From Macrostomum lignano (Eukaryota): a DNA stretch of 64,000 nt. Below are positions 25,146 to 38,385 of this stretch, one piece after another; within the stretch, counting starts at the first letter, position 1; each line of letters starts with the position of its first letter. The stretch lies in NCBI GenBank assembly GCA_002269645.1, contig NIVC01000446.1, positions 62,001 through 126,000 on the forward strand, in the 5' to 3' direction. Position numbers and translations under genes: made by a program. The notes under the pieces were generated by a model. It saw nothing but the letters and a program-made list of their open reading frames with translations. It was not told the DNA's origin and did no database searches.

Positions 25146-26223
25146 CCTCCATAAGTCACAGCATTTAAGCGATACCCCATCAGCCTTGACATTTAGATTT
25201 AACCTTCATGGATGCCAAAATGGGTGACCATTGCATCGAGTTACTGGATTTTCCACGCGTAAATCTGCGAGTTCCTTTGGCGAGAAAAAAGATCGTGCAA
25301 TGTCAAGTGCGGCAGTGTCACTTAAGTGCAACCAGAATGAGACCGTGTAGGTACATGCACTTTATAATATGGGTATTATATGGTCCAATTTCGAGAATTT
25401 GAGTTATCTTTCAACTTTGATCTGCTCGATGCAGGCGCGCAAAATGTCGAATTTATGCAGAAATATAATAAATTGCTTGTACCAGTAAAGACGAGTGTAA
25501 ACTGTCGGACGGGAACGGGTGAAATTCTGTCTAGACATCATCACCATCCCTGATGCCAGTCCCGCTGTGCCTAAGAAGAGCCCACATGGGAAATTTGCTA
25601 AATTTGGGACGTCGGCAATTCGTCATTTTGCTTTTAGAAGCAGCTGTTCCTAAGTTGCATCCTTCAAAACAGCATTTGTTAGTCGACAATCTAGGTACGT
25701 TGTGACTGTTCTGTTTGACTGTACGCCAAACAGAGAATTAGAAAGCTTCAATTGTGGTGGCGAATGGTTGGTTAAAAAAATCAATAACAAGCAATTTTTA
25801 GTACTTTTAGTAGTTTTTAGTAGCCAAACAATCAGTTACATCGCCAAATGCAATAATAGACTTTTCTATCAACTGTCAACATGCAATCCATTATTGCTCA
25901 AAATTTTAGTACTTTAATATTTACTATAAGCAAAACTTGTATTACGCAAAAAACTAATGGCCCTACTCTGATGCCGACTCATTTACAAATTACGATTGGC
26001 ATCTTAAAACCGGTATACTGCTCTTATCAGGATTCGAAGGTTTAAATATCATGATGTTTTTGTGATAGAATAACCGAGTATGTTTATTAATCAAGCAGAT
26101 ACATTTACAAGCGTAATCTCAGCAAAGAGTCCAAAGAGCAGTGTGTTTATCACCTTAAGGGTTGCGCTAAAATGATCAATATTGCGGTCAAAACTTTTGT
26201 TATTTGCCTTTGCCAAAGTGCAA

Positions 26224-27171
26224 TCATGTCCTCTCAGCTTTCTTGATTCGGCAAAACAGAAACTTGAGGAATTTTCGATGAAACGCCATGTAAATTAACG
26301 GATTTACCAATGAGTTCGCTGCAGAGAGCAGCGGAAAAGCCAGGCTTGATATGTCTGCAGGTATCAAGTCATCCGTGACGATGGACAGATTCCAAAGCAA
26401 ATAGTACACAATGCCGGGAAAGTTGAACACAATAAAGACGGCAACAGTGACGCCAACAATGATGGTGAACCGTTTCGATGCGGCATCCGAGTTGCTAATC
26501 GACGCTGATGATGAAACCGTTGACGATCTGCGCAGTCTGACCATGATAGCCGCATAGCAAATCAGCATGCTCAGCATCGGGACCAGCCCAGTTACCACTG
26601 AGCACAATACGCCAAGTGTTGAGAATAGTTGTTCAAAGTTCTGATTACCGTTAGTTAGACAGCCGACTGAGGATTGATTCCCATTCAAAACCTCGTGCGG
26701 CCAATTGGTAACCAGCGCCAGGGGGACGTAGCCGACAAACGTGCCGAGAAAGATTCCCACAAATAGAATCCTCATTGCCGCCTTCTTGTGCAGTCGCCAC
26801 CAGAAGTTGCAGCAGATGCACAAGCACCGTTCGATAGAGAACGCCACGAGGTTGAAAACGCTGCAATCTACCAGCATCCAAGCTATGATTTGACTTCTAT
26901 CACCGAAGATGCAGTACAAGTACCAGCCAGTATGGACATGGAGGTACGTTGCATCGCTTGGTTTAGGAATCAATTTTATTTGAACGAAGGCAACGCTGCT
27001 AGCCAGTACGAGCGCGTCGATGGCCGCCTGACTTCGGACTAGCAGCGTGGCAGAGCGAGAGGCGATCCGGTGACGTAGGGCGAACAGCAGCAGCAGGCAG
27101 TTCAGCAGGACGCCAACAGTTGACAGAGTCATCGTGATCGGCAGCAAGTTCTGTGGCATGCCGTTAAGCAT
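26224..27171 (-). CDS. Intronless class A (rhodopsin-like) GPCR, 315 aa
   Basis: Seven hydrophobic segments; TM1 GVLLN, TM2 AAIDALV, TM3 SVFNLVAFSIERC (DRY variant), TM5 P...Y, TM6 F..FNFP, TM7 NSLVNPLIY (NPxxY). Confidence 0.88.
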   Translation of the reverse strand: MLNGMPQNLLPITMTLSTVGVLLNCLLLLFALRHRIASRSATLLVRSQAAIDALVLASSVAFVQIKLIPKPSDATYLHVHTGWYLYCIFGDRSQIIAWMLVDCSVFNLVAFSIERCLCICCNFWWRLHKKAAMRILFVGIFLGTFVGYVPLALVTNWPHEVLNGNQSSVGCLTNGNQNFEQLFSTLGVLCSVVTGLVPMLSMLICYAAIMVRLRRSSTVSSSASISNSDAASKRFTIIVGVTVAVFIVFNFPGIVYYLLWNLSIVTDDLIPADISSLAFPLLSAANSLVNPLIYMAFHRKFLKFLFCRIKKAERT

Positions 27172-27723
27172 TGTTGAATTCCGTTTGGTTTTTTATGGTA
27201 ATTCAAGCGAAACATCAGACAATTGCACTGCTGGAGTGATGGCCGCGGGCTCAGCTCACAGCTATATAGTTCTGGCTTTTATCCCCTCAGCAGGGAGACT
27301 TATATTTGTTCGAAAAATATAGAACTTTTCTCTTTTATAGATAATGGAAAGCAAATAGATTGGAACGTCCGCGCGAATGAGAGCAAATTGAATGTTTGAC
27401 TTCGTAAAACAGTAGATCAATGCATTATAAGCGACCCAGTGCAACTTTTGGGCTACTTTGGTATAGCTTGGATAACAGTTGGGTAGCTATAGTAGTGTTT
27501 AGACAGTGGGTTTTTGACTGTTTAATGTATACTTGCTGTTATGCACTTAATTACACGCAGTGCAAATATTCTGTCACTACTACAGGCCCGGAAACAGTTA
27601 GGCCTACGCTCGTATTTGTGTTTGACTCTGATGCAGTTGGCCGAGCAGTTCAAAGCGGAAACCCAAATCATTCTGGCGGAGTGTTGGGTGAAGCTATAGT
27701 AACTTATTTGTGACTTTTTATAT

Positions 27724-28925
27724 TTGCAGACTTATATTAGATTTGCACCTCGGTGCAGATATTCGCCGCGACCTCCCAGTGGTGTAATCGGAGAGTTATG
27801 CTTAACTGCTGCGGCGGCCAACAGCGGAAAGACCAAGCGAGGGCAGGGAAGCGAGTGCCGGCGAGTTGAACGGCGGCGTGAAGGAAACCGGCGAGATCGG
27901 CAACGAGGTTCCGCCCGTCGAGCTGCTGCCATCTTTGGCCAATTGGATCTTCCGGGTAGCACCGTAGACCGTGAGGCTTATTGTCATTGAGCCACACAGC
28001 CGTACCACAGGGCCACGCTTCGGGTCGGGAAGCTGAACTGCTGCACTCTAAAGGCCGCCTGGTGGAAAGGGCTGCTGGCGCAGCTAGCGCCCGACCTCAG
28101 ATGCGACGTCATCTCGCTGCATGAGGTGTCCATCAGGGCCGACCCGGGAATTCATTGTGAGGACCTGAGCGCCGGTTGGACCCTCTGTTACACGTCGGCG
28201 GACCAACGAGGCCGTGCAGCAGGAGTTGGAGCGCTGATCGGAATGAGGCTGCAGCAGAGCTGTTGCTGCATCTCCATGTCTGATCGGCTGCTTCGGGTCG
28301 ACGTCTGGCTTCGCGGCCGTAACGCTTGCCTGTTCTGCGCGTACGCGCCTCCTGCCACCCGACCTGACCAGGCCCAAGTTTTCTTCGAGCAGCTCTTGGC
28401 GCAGATGGAGGAGACGGCACAGGTGGAGGAGACGGCGCAGCGTGTGACACAGTGGTCGTCCTCGGAGACCTGAACAAGGTTTTGCGTACATGTAGGTCCG
28501 TACATGTTGGCCCAGGCCCATCGCCATTTCGCTAATGCCTACGTCAGTGCGCTTGTCGACAGGTGCGGGCGCACACCGAGTACATGGAGGTAAGTGAGCT
28601 GCGGTTAAAGCTGCGGCGGAGTAAGGCAGGATCCCGCTGATGCAACCGATCTGCAGGCAGGACGACCCTGCGATTCGGTAAGCGAAGGAAGAGCGGAGAG
28701 GCTCCATCTGGGTAGGTGGCCAACTCGCGAGGTAGAGGAGGATCTGGTAGCTGTCTACGTGTACCTGCAGCGGCAATTCAGGCCGCTGCTGTTGACGACG
28801 CCATCCAGCAGGCCGTCACCGCCCGCCGCTGGACCCGACGCCAAATGTCGCGTGGCCTGGTCCACCATCAATGCTCTGACCGGACGAAAGCAGTGCAACC
28901 CGCTCAACCTGGCTGGCCTTGGATG
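27724..28925 (+). mobile_element. Decayed, internally deleted non-LTR retrotransposon 5' part (APE endonuclease; RT absent)
   Basis: From 28018: LRVGKLNCCTL, DVISLHEV, GVGALI, LFCAYAP; after a frameshift at a short duplication (~28410-28445), VVVLGDLN; later AWSTINALTGRK. In-frame TGA at 27988-27990 upstream; ends abruptly in AT-rich DNA. Confidence 0.8.
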
Positions 28926-29339
28926 AGCGCAGTTCTAAATGAGTTGAATTAGTACTGTGTATTCCAAAATGTATAACAAATTTAAACGTGATAGAATTTA
29001 TAAATTCCATTTTTAGTCGGCTAAACAGGAAAATTTCGGGTATAACGTATAACTATATATATTTTTGTTTCGTAACTATGACTTCTTAGCTTCTTTTGAC
29101 GCGCTATTACAAAGAGTTCACATTCTTTAATTTACAATATATTTAACTTAATTTATCGCCCCCCTTCCTTTTTTTGCCCTTTTTGTCAAACGAAACAGCG
29201 CCAGCAATTCTCATTTTCTGACGGTTGACTAGAGTCAGTCGGTTAGACGACTAGAGGAATAAGTAAAATAAGTCTTTAATAGCTATTATTTCCTACTTTC
29301 TCTTTATGATTTTGCAGTTCATCTATCACTGTCATCGTC

Positions 29340-32300
29340 ATGGCTTTGACTATTATACCGTCTGTAGTAGCTGTCCCATTGCATTTAGTTCACATATTAG
29401 AGGTTATTCTAGGAACGGTTTTCTTTTCCTTGCTTTTCTGTGTAAGTGTTAAATTTCTACAGGGATACAAGAACAAACCAATATGTAATACGCGATGCCT
29501 CACAGACAATGATTGTTATGATATCTCTATCAAGTAAGTACTCGATTAATTTTAATTTAATTATTTTATACAATCCCTAAGCAGCACATAAACACAACAC
29601 AGTGGCCCATTTAATAAAGGTTTATAACTTAATATTGTATTATTATTATCATTGTTATTAAATAGACGTTGGTACAAGGGTCAGCAAAGCACCTGCTGGT
29701 AGAAAACAGCTGAGTTGAGCCTAGCTGCAGATGGAGGGATAAGCTTAAAGCCTGCAAGTTGGAGAGAAAATTATCACTCAGTGTTGCAGCGAGACTGGTC
29801 CTGGCAGATTCCAGAATATTGTATAGTTAAAACTTAAAATACTTATTGATAATTAATATACTAAAGTGAAAGATAGTCAGTTTTATTTTAAAATTATATA
29901 AGTTAGGCCTATTTATTATGCAGTGCCAGTGGCAGTATGTTTTACCTGGTAGCTAATTTATTATCTTATGCAATATGCATCATATTTTTATCTCAAAGCA
30001 CAGTGTTTTAAATTAAAAAAGCCAATAAATGTAATCTTTAGCTATGCTTTATATTATTTATAATAAAAAACACAGTTCTAGCACAATAGAGCTCAAATAA
30101 ATTGTTAATTATCAGTTAAATAATAAATTATAATATCTAAGCTGATACTCAATTTTTCTGTGATTATTATAATTTATTACTTATTTGTTATTAGTGGCAA
30201 AATAATGAATAATAGCTAGCTCACAAATCTAATATAAAGACCAATAAATATTTGACATTTTGACATATTTATTATAGATCTATTATGACATATTTAGGCA
30301 AATATCATAATTGCCTAATTTATTTTATTTTATTATTATTTATGCATATATGTTGCAGTGCTTTCTCCTCTATAATAATCTCAATGATGCCTTCAAATTC
30401 ATACCCTGTAAATTTCCTAAAGCTGTCACCAAAGTTGTAACAGTGCTGATTGCTCTCTATCTAATTTATTCTATTACTGACACCAAAGTTGTTCTAATAG
30501 TCCCTATAATTCTTATACTTTTATAGATATTTGTACTTCTGCTAGCATATATATTTATCTACTGGTAGTGCATGTATTAATCTACTGGTAACATATGTAT
30601 ATGTACTGTACTTCTGGCCTGAGTGGTCTTATAGCACTATCTATCCTATCTCTATACTCCAAAAGTTTTTATTCTCTCAGTCCTGGGTGTTTCTGGGATT
30701 AGAGGATTACAGCTTACTTGCTAGGTATTTTGCCCTGAGGTAGGTTTCTCAGACTCTGAGTCTGGACTATTTTACCCTGTGGTAGGATTTCTGCCTTCTA
30801 AAGGTGCTTTCTCAGATTATAAATCTGGATGTCTCATTCTCTAAGGATGGATTGAATTCTCCCAATCTTGGGGCTATACCTAAGTCACTATCTACTTAAC
30901 ACATATAATTAACACAAGAGCAGATACAAGCCCTGAGGCTGATTGACTTTCTTCTCCAAATATAATAACTGGAGAGATGCTTTGCAAGCTGAAATTATAA
31001 GAACAAGTCTTGTTTAATCAAACATGAAGATGATTTATTTGACTAGGCTCTCAGATGGCCCCTATTTATAGTAAAATTTCTCTTTACTATTTTATACAAA
31101 CAACATATATAAAATATACAAAATATTTGTAATATTCATACAGTATTACAAATAATTGAGTTTTGAATTATTATATTTCTGAGAAAGTTAATCTACTAAA
31201 AACAAAGCCTATTATATATAACTAGACATACTAATTATATTGGCTATTAGAAAGTATTTCTTATAAAGATGAGTTCTCTAAATGCTATAAATATGGCCAT
31301 ATTTTTGGTCATAAATAAATATTTTGGTCATAAATATTATGTTTTTAAACTTGACTAAGTATGCCATTTCTGTATATCAACTTTTGTGGCTCTCTCTAAA
31401 ATGGATCTTTTTTGTAATTTTTCTGTTAATTACTTTAGAAATGATATATGATTATTTAATTTGCCTATTCCCTATGTATTTTGGCATGCTTATATATAAA
31501 TGCTATATTGTAACTATGCAATGCAAGCAGCCATTGAAATATATTGTTGGAGTGTCTTGCATAATCAGCTGCATCTATTAATTATTAAATTGGTAAGTTT
31601 GGTTTCAACATTTATTGTCGCTACATTAAGTTAGCTTGGTGTTGTTGATTATTTGTCTTTTAATTTTAATACCTAGTGTTAGTATAGTTTGCATAAGTAT
31701 ATTTTGTAGTTTTATGACTGTCTTGACTTCTTAATTTATTCATGTTGCATAAAATTGTCTTGTGTTTTGTATTGTCTTGCATAAAAACCATTTTATACAA
31801 TCTCTTATATTATCAAAATACTTTTAGTTACCTATATAAGCTACTTACTTAGTAGCTTACTTGCTCTTTTCTGAATTTAATAGATTTTACAGATCATATA
31901 GATATTGTCTTATTAGGTTTGACTGTGGTTTCTCCATTCTATTCTACTTTTCAAATGGCTTTTGCTTTTCTCACTTATAATTAAAGAATCTGTAGAAACC
32001 ACACCCTATTACTAAATGATGTGGCACTGCCAAGATTTCAAAATAATTGCATCTTAATTATCACAAATACCTAAGATTGTCACAGTGATTAAATTAAAAT
32101 TTTGATTCTCAAGGCCTTTATTACATGAAGTAAAATAAAATTCCTAATTTAACCTGCATTTCAGAGTGGCAACATTTGTCTTCTCAGTTTTGAGTTGGCT
32201 CTTTGCAGCCATCACAGTCTACCATCTGAACAATATGGACATTATGGAAGACAAGTGAGTAACCTCTAGTGCCAGTCCTATATGCTTAGCTGCCAGTCCC

Positions 32301-33353
32301 ATAGGCCTAGCTATCAACTTCTAAGATCCAATCTTTCTAAACTTCGCTTCAGATTTTGGCTGTTGAACGCGTGGGTGTACTTTAGCTCCGGCTACTACCT
32401 GTACGATACAGTGATGAAGCCCTATTGCTATGGTTTAGATAGGAATCTAAAAGGTGGCTTAACAATATTTGTTGGATTCTTTCGTAGCCAGCCTCTAATG
32501 ATGCTGCATCACATTATCACTCTGTTATTCTTTTATCCAACTCTAATGGTAAGTTTTTAATAATAATGCATTTTTTCTTTAATTGTAATTTTTAAAACGA
32601 GTTCCTCTTGTTACGCGTATTTCTACTGATAAAAGTCTATGTTTGCTACTGACACGTTAGAAGTAGTGCATTAAATTAATGATTATGTAGAATTTCTCAT
32701 TATCAAATAAATTTTCAGTGGTTTCGTAACGGCAAAGGCGATTTTATTGTAGCCTGCTTCTTTCTAATGGACTTTTCTGTGCCGTTCATTCAAATCCGTC
32801 ACGTAATGTACAGGGTAAGTCATGAAAAAGAATCATTGAATAAGAATATGGAGTAGGTATCCCCCACAAAAACCGTCATGTACTATACACATGTTTAATT
32901 TTAGAGCGGAATGAATGGCCAAATTGTAACGGTTTAAAAACAAAGTAAATAGTTAAACAACAGTAAAAATACTTCAAGTCGTTTTGTAGTTGTCTAATGC
33001 GTTCAATGTTAGTAGATTATGTGTTTTTCGATACATATCGGCTACATTATTTTACCCAAACATAATATTTTAAATTGCATTTTTTTCAGCTGGGCCTATC
33101 CGAAATGCCCCTGTACCTGTGGAACGGAATCGTACTGGTTGTGACATTCTTTCTGTCGCGAATTGTGTTATTATTCTACATCTACAAGAGATACGCAGAT
33201 TATCGCGGAGTGCCACTATTTCAAGGCGTTGGTTTGCTGCCGAAACCTTGCAATATTGGCATGCTATCAATGCTAATTATGCAGGGTTATTGGTTTGGCA
33301 TGATGATTAAGAAGCTAGCTAAATATTTGCGATCTCACGGCAAAGCAGAATAA
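29340..33353 (+). CDS. TLCD3: TLC-domain protein TLCD3/FAM57-like, copy 1, 279 aa; exons 29340-29533, 32165-32254, 32353-32548, 32719-32814, 33090-33353
   Basis: All junctions are GT-AG with consistent phases (2,2,0,0), 840 nt in total; motifs YYLYD, MLHH, GKGDF, NGIVLVVTFFLSRI, YWF match FAM57. Confidence 0.85.
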
Positions 33354-33405
33354 GACTGCAAATGATATGGTTTTTTCATTTAAACTAGCTGCTAATATAA
33401 TTCTA

Positions 33406-34337
33406 CAAGCTGTTGAAACCCGCGGATTTTGAACCCGGGGAATTCCAATACCCGGAACTACTTTTGCATGTATTCTGAAATCTAAGGCCATACCCCATAC
33501 ACAAACAAATTAATAGTTAGTAGGATAGAGGTAGACATAAAATGGAGCACATTCGTGTAAAATTAGGTTTTGAGGCAAACGTTGATATTGTTTGCTGGAA
33601 TGCTGGGGTACTCCACAGAATGCCAAGCAATGTCTGTCTGACTCTAAAACATGTATTGGCAAACTCTGGTCTCTCCCTGACTCTCCCTATGTCCCTTGGA
33701 TCCTTTAAAATTTCTATCGTCTCTTCTGTTTCCTTTCTTCTCTCTCATCCCTCGTCTCTCGTCTCTCCTCTCTCTTCTCCTATCTTCTTTCGTATCTTCC
33801 CTCATCTCTCTTCTCTTTCATCTCTCTTATCTCATCTCTTCCCTATTCTTTTCTCTCTCCTCTCCTCTCTCCTTTCGACTTTTCGTTTTCTCTCTGCTCT
33901 CCTCTCTCCTCTCTACTCTTTCGTTTTCTCTCTCCTCTCCTCTCTCCTCTCTCCCATCTTCTTTCGTATATTCCCTCTCATCTTTCTTCTCTTTCATATC
34001 TCTTATCTCATCTCTTCCCTCTTCTTTTCTCTCTCCTCTCCCCTCTCCTCTCTCCCCCTCTTCTCTCGTCTCTTCCTTGTCCTCTCTATTCTTTTCTCTC
34101 TTCTCTTAACTCTCTCCTCTACTCTCTCATCTCTCCTCTCTATTCTTTCCTCTCTCCCCTCTTCTCTCGTCTCTTCCCCCACATCTTTCCTCTCTCTCTT
34201 TTCTTGTTTTATCTCTTCTCTCTCCCCTCGTCGCTCGTCTCTTCCTTCACCTCTCTTCTCTCTCGTCCGCTCTTTTATCTCTCCTTTCTCTTCTTTTATC
34301 TTTTCTCTCTTATCTCTTCTCGTTACTCTCTGCTCTG

Positions 34338-34412
<75 letters not shown>

Positions 34413-36356
34413 CCCATCTCTATTCTCTCTACTCTCTCCCCTCTTCATTCTCCTATTTCCTCTTCTCTCTTCCTGTCTCTCCTCTCTCCTCTAGTCTCTG
34501 TAATCTCTTCTCTCTTATCTCTCCTCTGTTCTCTCTACTCTCCCATCTCTCGTCTGTTCATCTGCTCTCTCATCTGTCATCTTTACTCTCTTATACGTTC
34601 TCTCACTTATCTCCTCTGTACTCTTCTCTTTCACCTCTTCTGACTCCTCTCTTTCCTTACTCCTTTCTTCTTTTCTCTTCCCTCTTCTCTATACTCTCTC
34701 TCTTCTATTATCTTCTCTCGTCTCTCTGCACTCTCCTTTCACCTTTTTCTCTCATCTCTTCTTTGATCTGTCTCATCTCTACAATCTCATCTCTTTCCTC
34801 TCTCCTCCTCTTCCCTTTACTCTCTCATCTCTCCTTTCTCCCCTCTTCTTTCACCACTCTCTTATCTCTATCTCTTCTCTTCTCACTCCTCTCTCCCCCT
34901 CTTATCTCCTCTCTTCTCTATCCTTTCTACTCTCTCCTCTCTAATCTCTCCTCTCCTCTTGACCCTCTGTCATCTTCTTTCTGCTCTCTCATCTCTACTC
35001 TCTTCTCAATCTTCTCTACTCTCCTCTCTCATCGATCCTCTGTCTCATCTCTCCCCTCTTCTCACCTTTACTCTTTCCTCTCCTTCCTTTCTCCCCTCCT
35101 CTCGCTTCTTCCTCCCTTCTTCTCTGCTCTCTCCTCACCACTTTTCCTTTTCACTCTCATCTGGCCCGCAGCCATGAGCTGGATTCTTTATCTGGCCTTT
35201 GAGATAAAAATCTGCCAATCCCTGCTTCGAAAGTACTATCATGGTTGTTATCATTTCTCATGCTTTGATCACGTCATTTTTCTGGCCAATTAGCAGCCCT
35301 GAGAGGAATTTGTGTATCTCCATTCTCCAGCTCCACCACCACAGTCTGCAGCAGTCTAACAACCAAGGAAATACGCATTTCTTAGGAGGCCATTTAAATT
35401 TTAAAGTTACCTTATGCGAATCTTAATGTTAAAATTTTCATGGTGTAACTAATTTAGTAGGATTGCATTGTAATCAGTTATTCATTAATTTTTCGCTATT
35501 TTTACAAACCATCCCACATCGCCTTGATTTACCATCCTTGTTTAACTGCTGCGACTTGTCTATACAGAGGACAGTAGTTTGAATCTCTCGCTAAACTCTC
35601 TCCTCTCCACGCCTCTCCACTCGCGGGGGTACAGAGACGGCTATTAAAAAGTTATTCCAAAACACTGTACATTTGCTATGTACATTCAGTCCTATCGCCT
35701 GACCCTTCGTCTGGGCTGGGGGAATGAGTGAGTGAGTGGCACAAACAACAGAAAAAGCAGACAAACTTCACATGCTTACAGTTTCTTTTTCGGTTGAGTT
35801 ACAGAGTTGAAACTTTACATTTAGACAGAGAATGGGTCAATGAAGAATTGTGTCAAGTTTGAAGTCAATCGCTTTACGTGGAGCAAACTTATGGCAGCTG
35901 AAAGTTAGTCAATTTTGAAACCCTTTTACACATCTGGGCCCAGATCGGGAAAGAGAGGCAGGCGGGCGGAGGTTGGGGTGGCTGCCTCGCTGAAAAAAAA
36001 CAGCCTAAGTTTAAAAGTGCACAGCACCGCTCAGGATTAACTTTGAGATTTAAAATTTTACACGATTGTGTCAAAATAGTTGAAAATTGATTGTGTCAAA
36101 TTTGAAGAGGATCGGTAGAAGTGGAGCAGCGCTAAGGAGGCTTTAGTAAAAAAATCGCGCATTTTGAGCAGTTTTTTGCACTTTTAGGTAGGAAGACTCA
36201 AATTTAGGAAATTAAAAGGTAGCCTAAGACATTCTCCGTAGTAAGTTTAGGGTGGGTGCAAAGTTTGGTGTCATTTGGTTGAGCGGTTTGGGAGTCCATA
36301 GCGATCAAAATTGTCCACACACAGACAGACAGAGTTTTGATTTTTATAGGTAGAGA
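33406..36356 (-). mobile_element. Non-autonomous Helitron-like element (Lep1-like ends) carrying a large CT-rich interior
   Basis: Minus strand starts A|TCTCTACCTATAAAAATC followed by a (TCTG)n(TG)n microsatellite; ends with a GC hairpin (33419-33440) then CAACAGCTTG|T (CTRR-like, one mismatch), inserted between A and T. Confidence 0.5.
33670..35160 (+). repeat. Polypyrimidine low-complexity tract including a perfect (CT)n at ~34345-34408
   Basis: Almost exclusively C/T; explains the S/L-rich 583-aa ORF. Confidence 0.93.
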
Positions 36357-36459
36357 TGGGGTAGATTTTTCTATCTCTTCGCGAAATTACATTTTAATGC
36401 GTTATTTTTAGTAAAACTATTTCTAGAAAGGTGCAAACAAGTTTGGGTTTTAGACTGTT

Positions 36460-37520
36460 ATGGTGGGTTGTGAACTGATACGGTGGGTTTTAAACTGATA
36501 TGATGGGTTGTAAAATGGTATGGTGGGTTGTAAACTGGTATGGTGGGTTGTAAACTGATACGGTAGGTTGTAAACTGGTATGATGGGTTGTAAAATGGTA
36601 TGGTGGGTTGTAAACTGATACGGTAGGTTGTAAACTGGTATGGTGGGTTGTAAACTGATATGGTGGGTTGTAAACTGATACGGTAGGTTCTAAAATGGTA
36701 TGATGGGTTGTAAAATGGTATGGTGGGTTGTAAACTGATACGGTAGGTTGTAAACTGGTATGGTGGGTTGTAAAATGGTATGGTGGGTTGTAAACTGATA
36801 CGGTAGGTTGTAAACTGGTATGGTGGGTTGTAAAATGGTATGGTGGGTTGTAAACTGGTATGGTGGGTTGTAAACTGATACGGTAGGTTGTAAACTGGTA
36901 TGGTGGGTTGTAAACTGATACGGTAGGTTGTAAACTGGTATGATGGGTTGTAAAATGGTATGATGGGTTGTAAACTGATACGGTAGGTTGTAAACTGGTA
37001 TGGTGGGTTGTAAAATGGTATGGTGGGTTGTAAACTGGTATGGTGGGTTGTAAACTGATACGGTAGGTTGTAAACTGGTATGGTGGGTTGTAAACTGATA
37101 CGGTAGGTTGTAAACTGGTATGATGGGTTGTAAAATAGTATGGTGGGTTGTAAAATGGTATGGTGGGTTGTAAACTGGTATGGTGGGTTGTAAAATGGTA
37201 TGGTGGGTTGTAAAATGGTATGGTGGGTTGTAAACTGGTATGGTGGGCTGTAAACTGGTATGGTGGGTTGTAAACTGATATGGTGGGCTGTAAACTGGTA
37301 TGGTGGGTTGTAAACTGATACGGTAGGTTGTAAACTGATACGGTAGGTTGTAAACTGGTATGGTGGGTTGTAAACTGATACGGTAGGTTGTTAACTGGTA
37401 TGATGGGTTGTAAACTGATACGGTAGGCTGTAAACTGGTACGGTGGGTTGTAAACTGGTATGGTGAGTTGTAGACTGGTATGGTAAGTTGTAGACTGGTA
37501 TGGTGGGTTGTGAACTGATT
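36460..37520 (+). repeat. 20-bp minisatellite TGGTGGGTTGTAAA(C/A)TG(G/A)TA
   Basis: Direct repetition with CGGTAGG and TGATGG variants. Confidence 0.96.
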
Positions 37521-37974
37521 GCGGTCTCTTTAACACACTCTAATGTTACTATTTCAAACATGTTATTCGCAATGCGATTTAGAATTTTAAAAATACTTCT
37601 ATTTAGATATTTGGACGAGTAGTAGCTACTTAAGTTTTAACTTTAACGCCAAAAGTACATATTTGTACTCTTTATTACAAAAAAATGTATCCATTTTTGT
37701 CTATTTTATTCGAAATGTTTACGTTCACAATTTCTAATATTTTTTTCGTCGAATTGCTGTGCCACAAAAACATTTTTTGTCTTCATCCGTCACCTTGATT
37801 TCTATGGCTGTGTTTTTTCGGTTGACTTTTTCAAACAATCTTTATTTGTTAATCAAAGGTGCTGTCAAAAGTTGTCACGTTTTTTTAACCATCGCCTCCA
37901 TACTTAGCGAGCTTACACTGCCTGTTCTTCGGCTCTCTTTTGGTGCTGATCCCAGTAGTTTTGGGGTGAGATTC

Positions 37975-38385
37975 TCCGCAATCTATGGGTGAGAATCTCA
38001 GCAATCTATGGGTGGGAATCTCAGAAGTCTATGGGTGAGATTCTCAGCAATCTATGGGTGAGAATCTCAGCAATCTATGGGTGAGAATCTCAGCTACAAT
38101 CTTACCCAGACTACTATTAGGTTTGTAGATTTTATGGGTGAGAATCTCAGAAGTCTATCGGTGAGAATCTCAGATATCTATCGGTGAAAATCTCAGAAAT
38201 CTATGGGTAAGAATCTCAGAAATCTATGTGAGATAATCTCAGCAATCTATGGGTGAGAATCTCAGCAATCTATGGATGGGAATCTCAGAAGTCTATGGGT
38301 GAGATTCTAAGCAAACTGTGGGTGAGAATCTCAGCAGTCTATGGGCGAGAATTTCAGCAATCTGAGTGAGAATCTCAGAAATTTA
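37975..38385 (+). repeat. ~23-bp degenerate minisatellite CTATGGGTGAGAATCTCAGCAAT
   Basis: Direct repetition, interrupted at ~38095-38130. Confidence 0.88.

Noticed and set aside
33542-35293. 583-aa ORF
   Set aside because: CT low-complexity tract; no domain. The same applies to 15688-16173 and 60684-61247.
36490-37536. 348-aa Tyr/His/Pro/Thr repeat ORF resembling an adhesive or structural protein
   Set aside because: The 20-aa period is three 20-bp units read through all frames; non-ATG start and no signal peptide.
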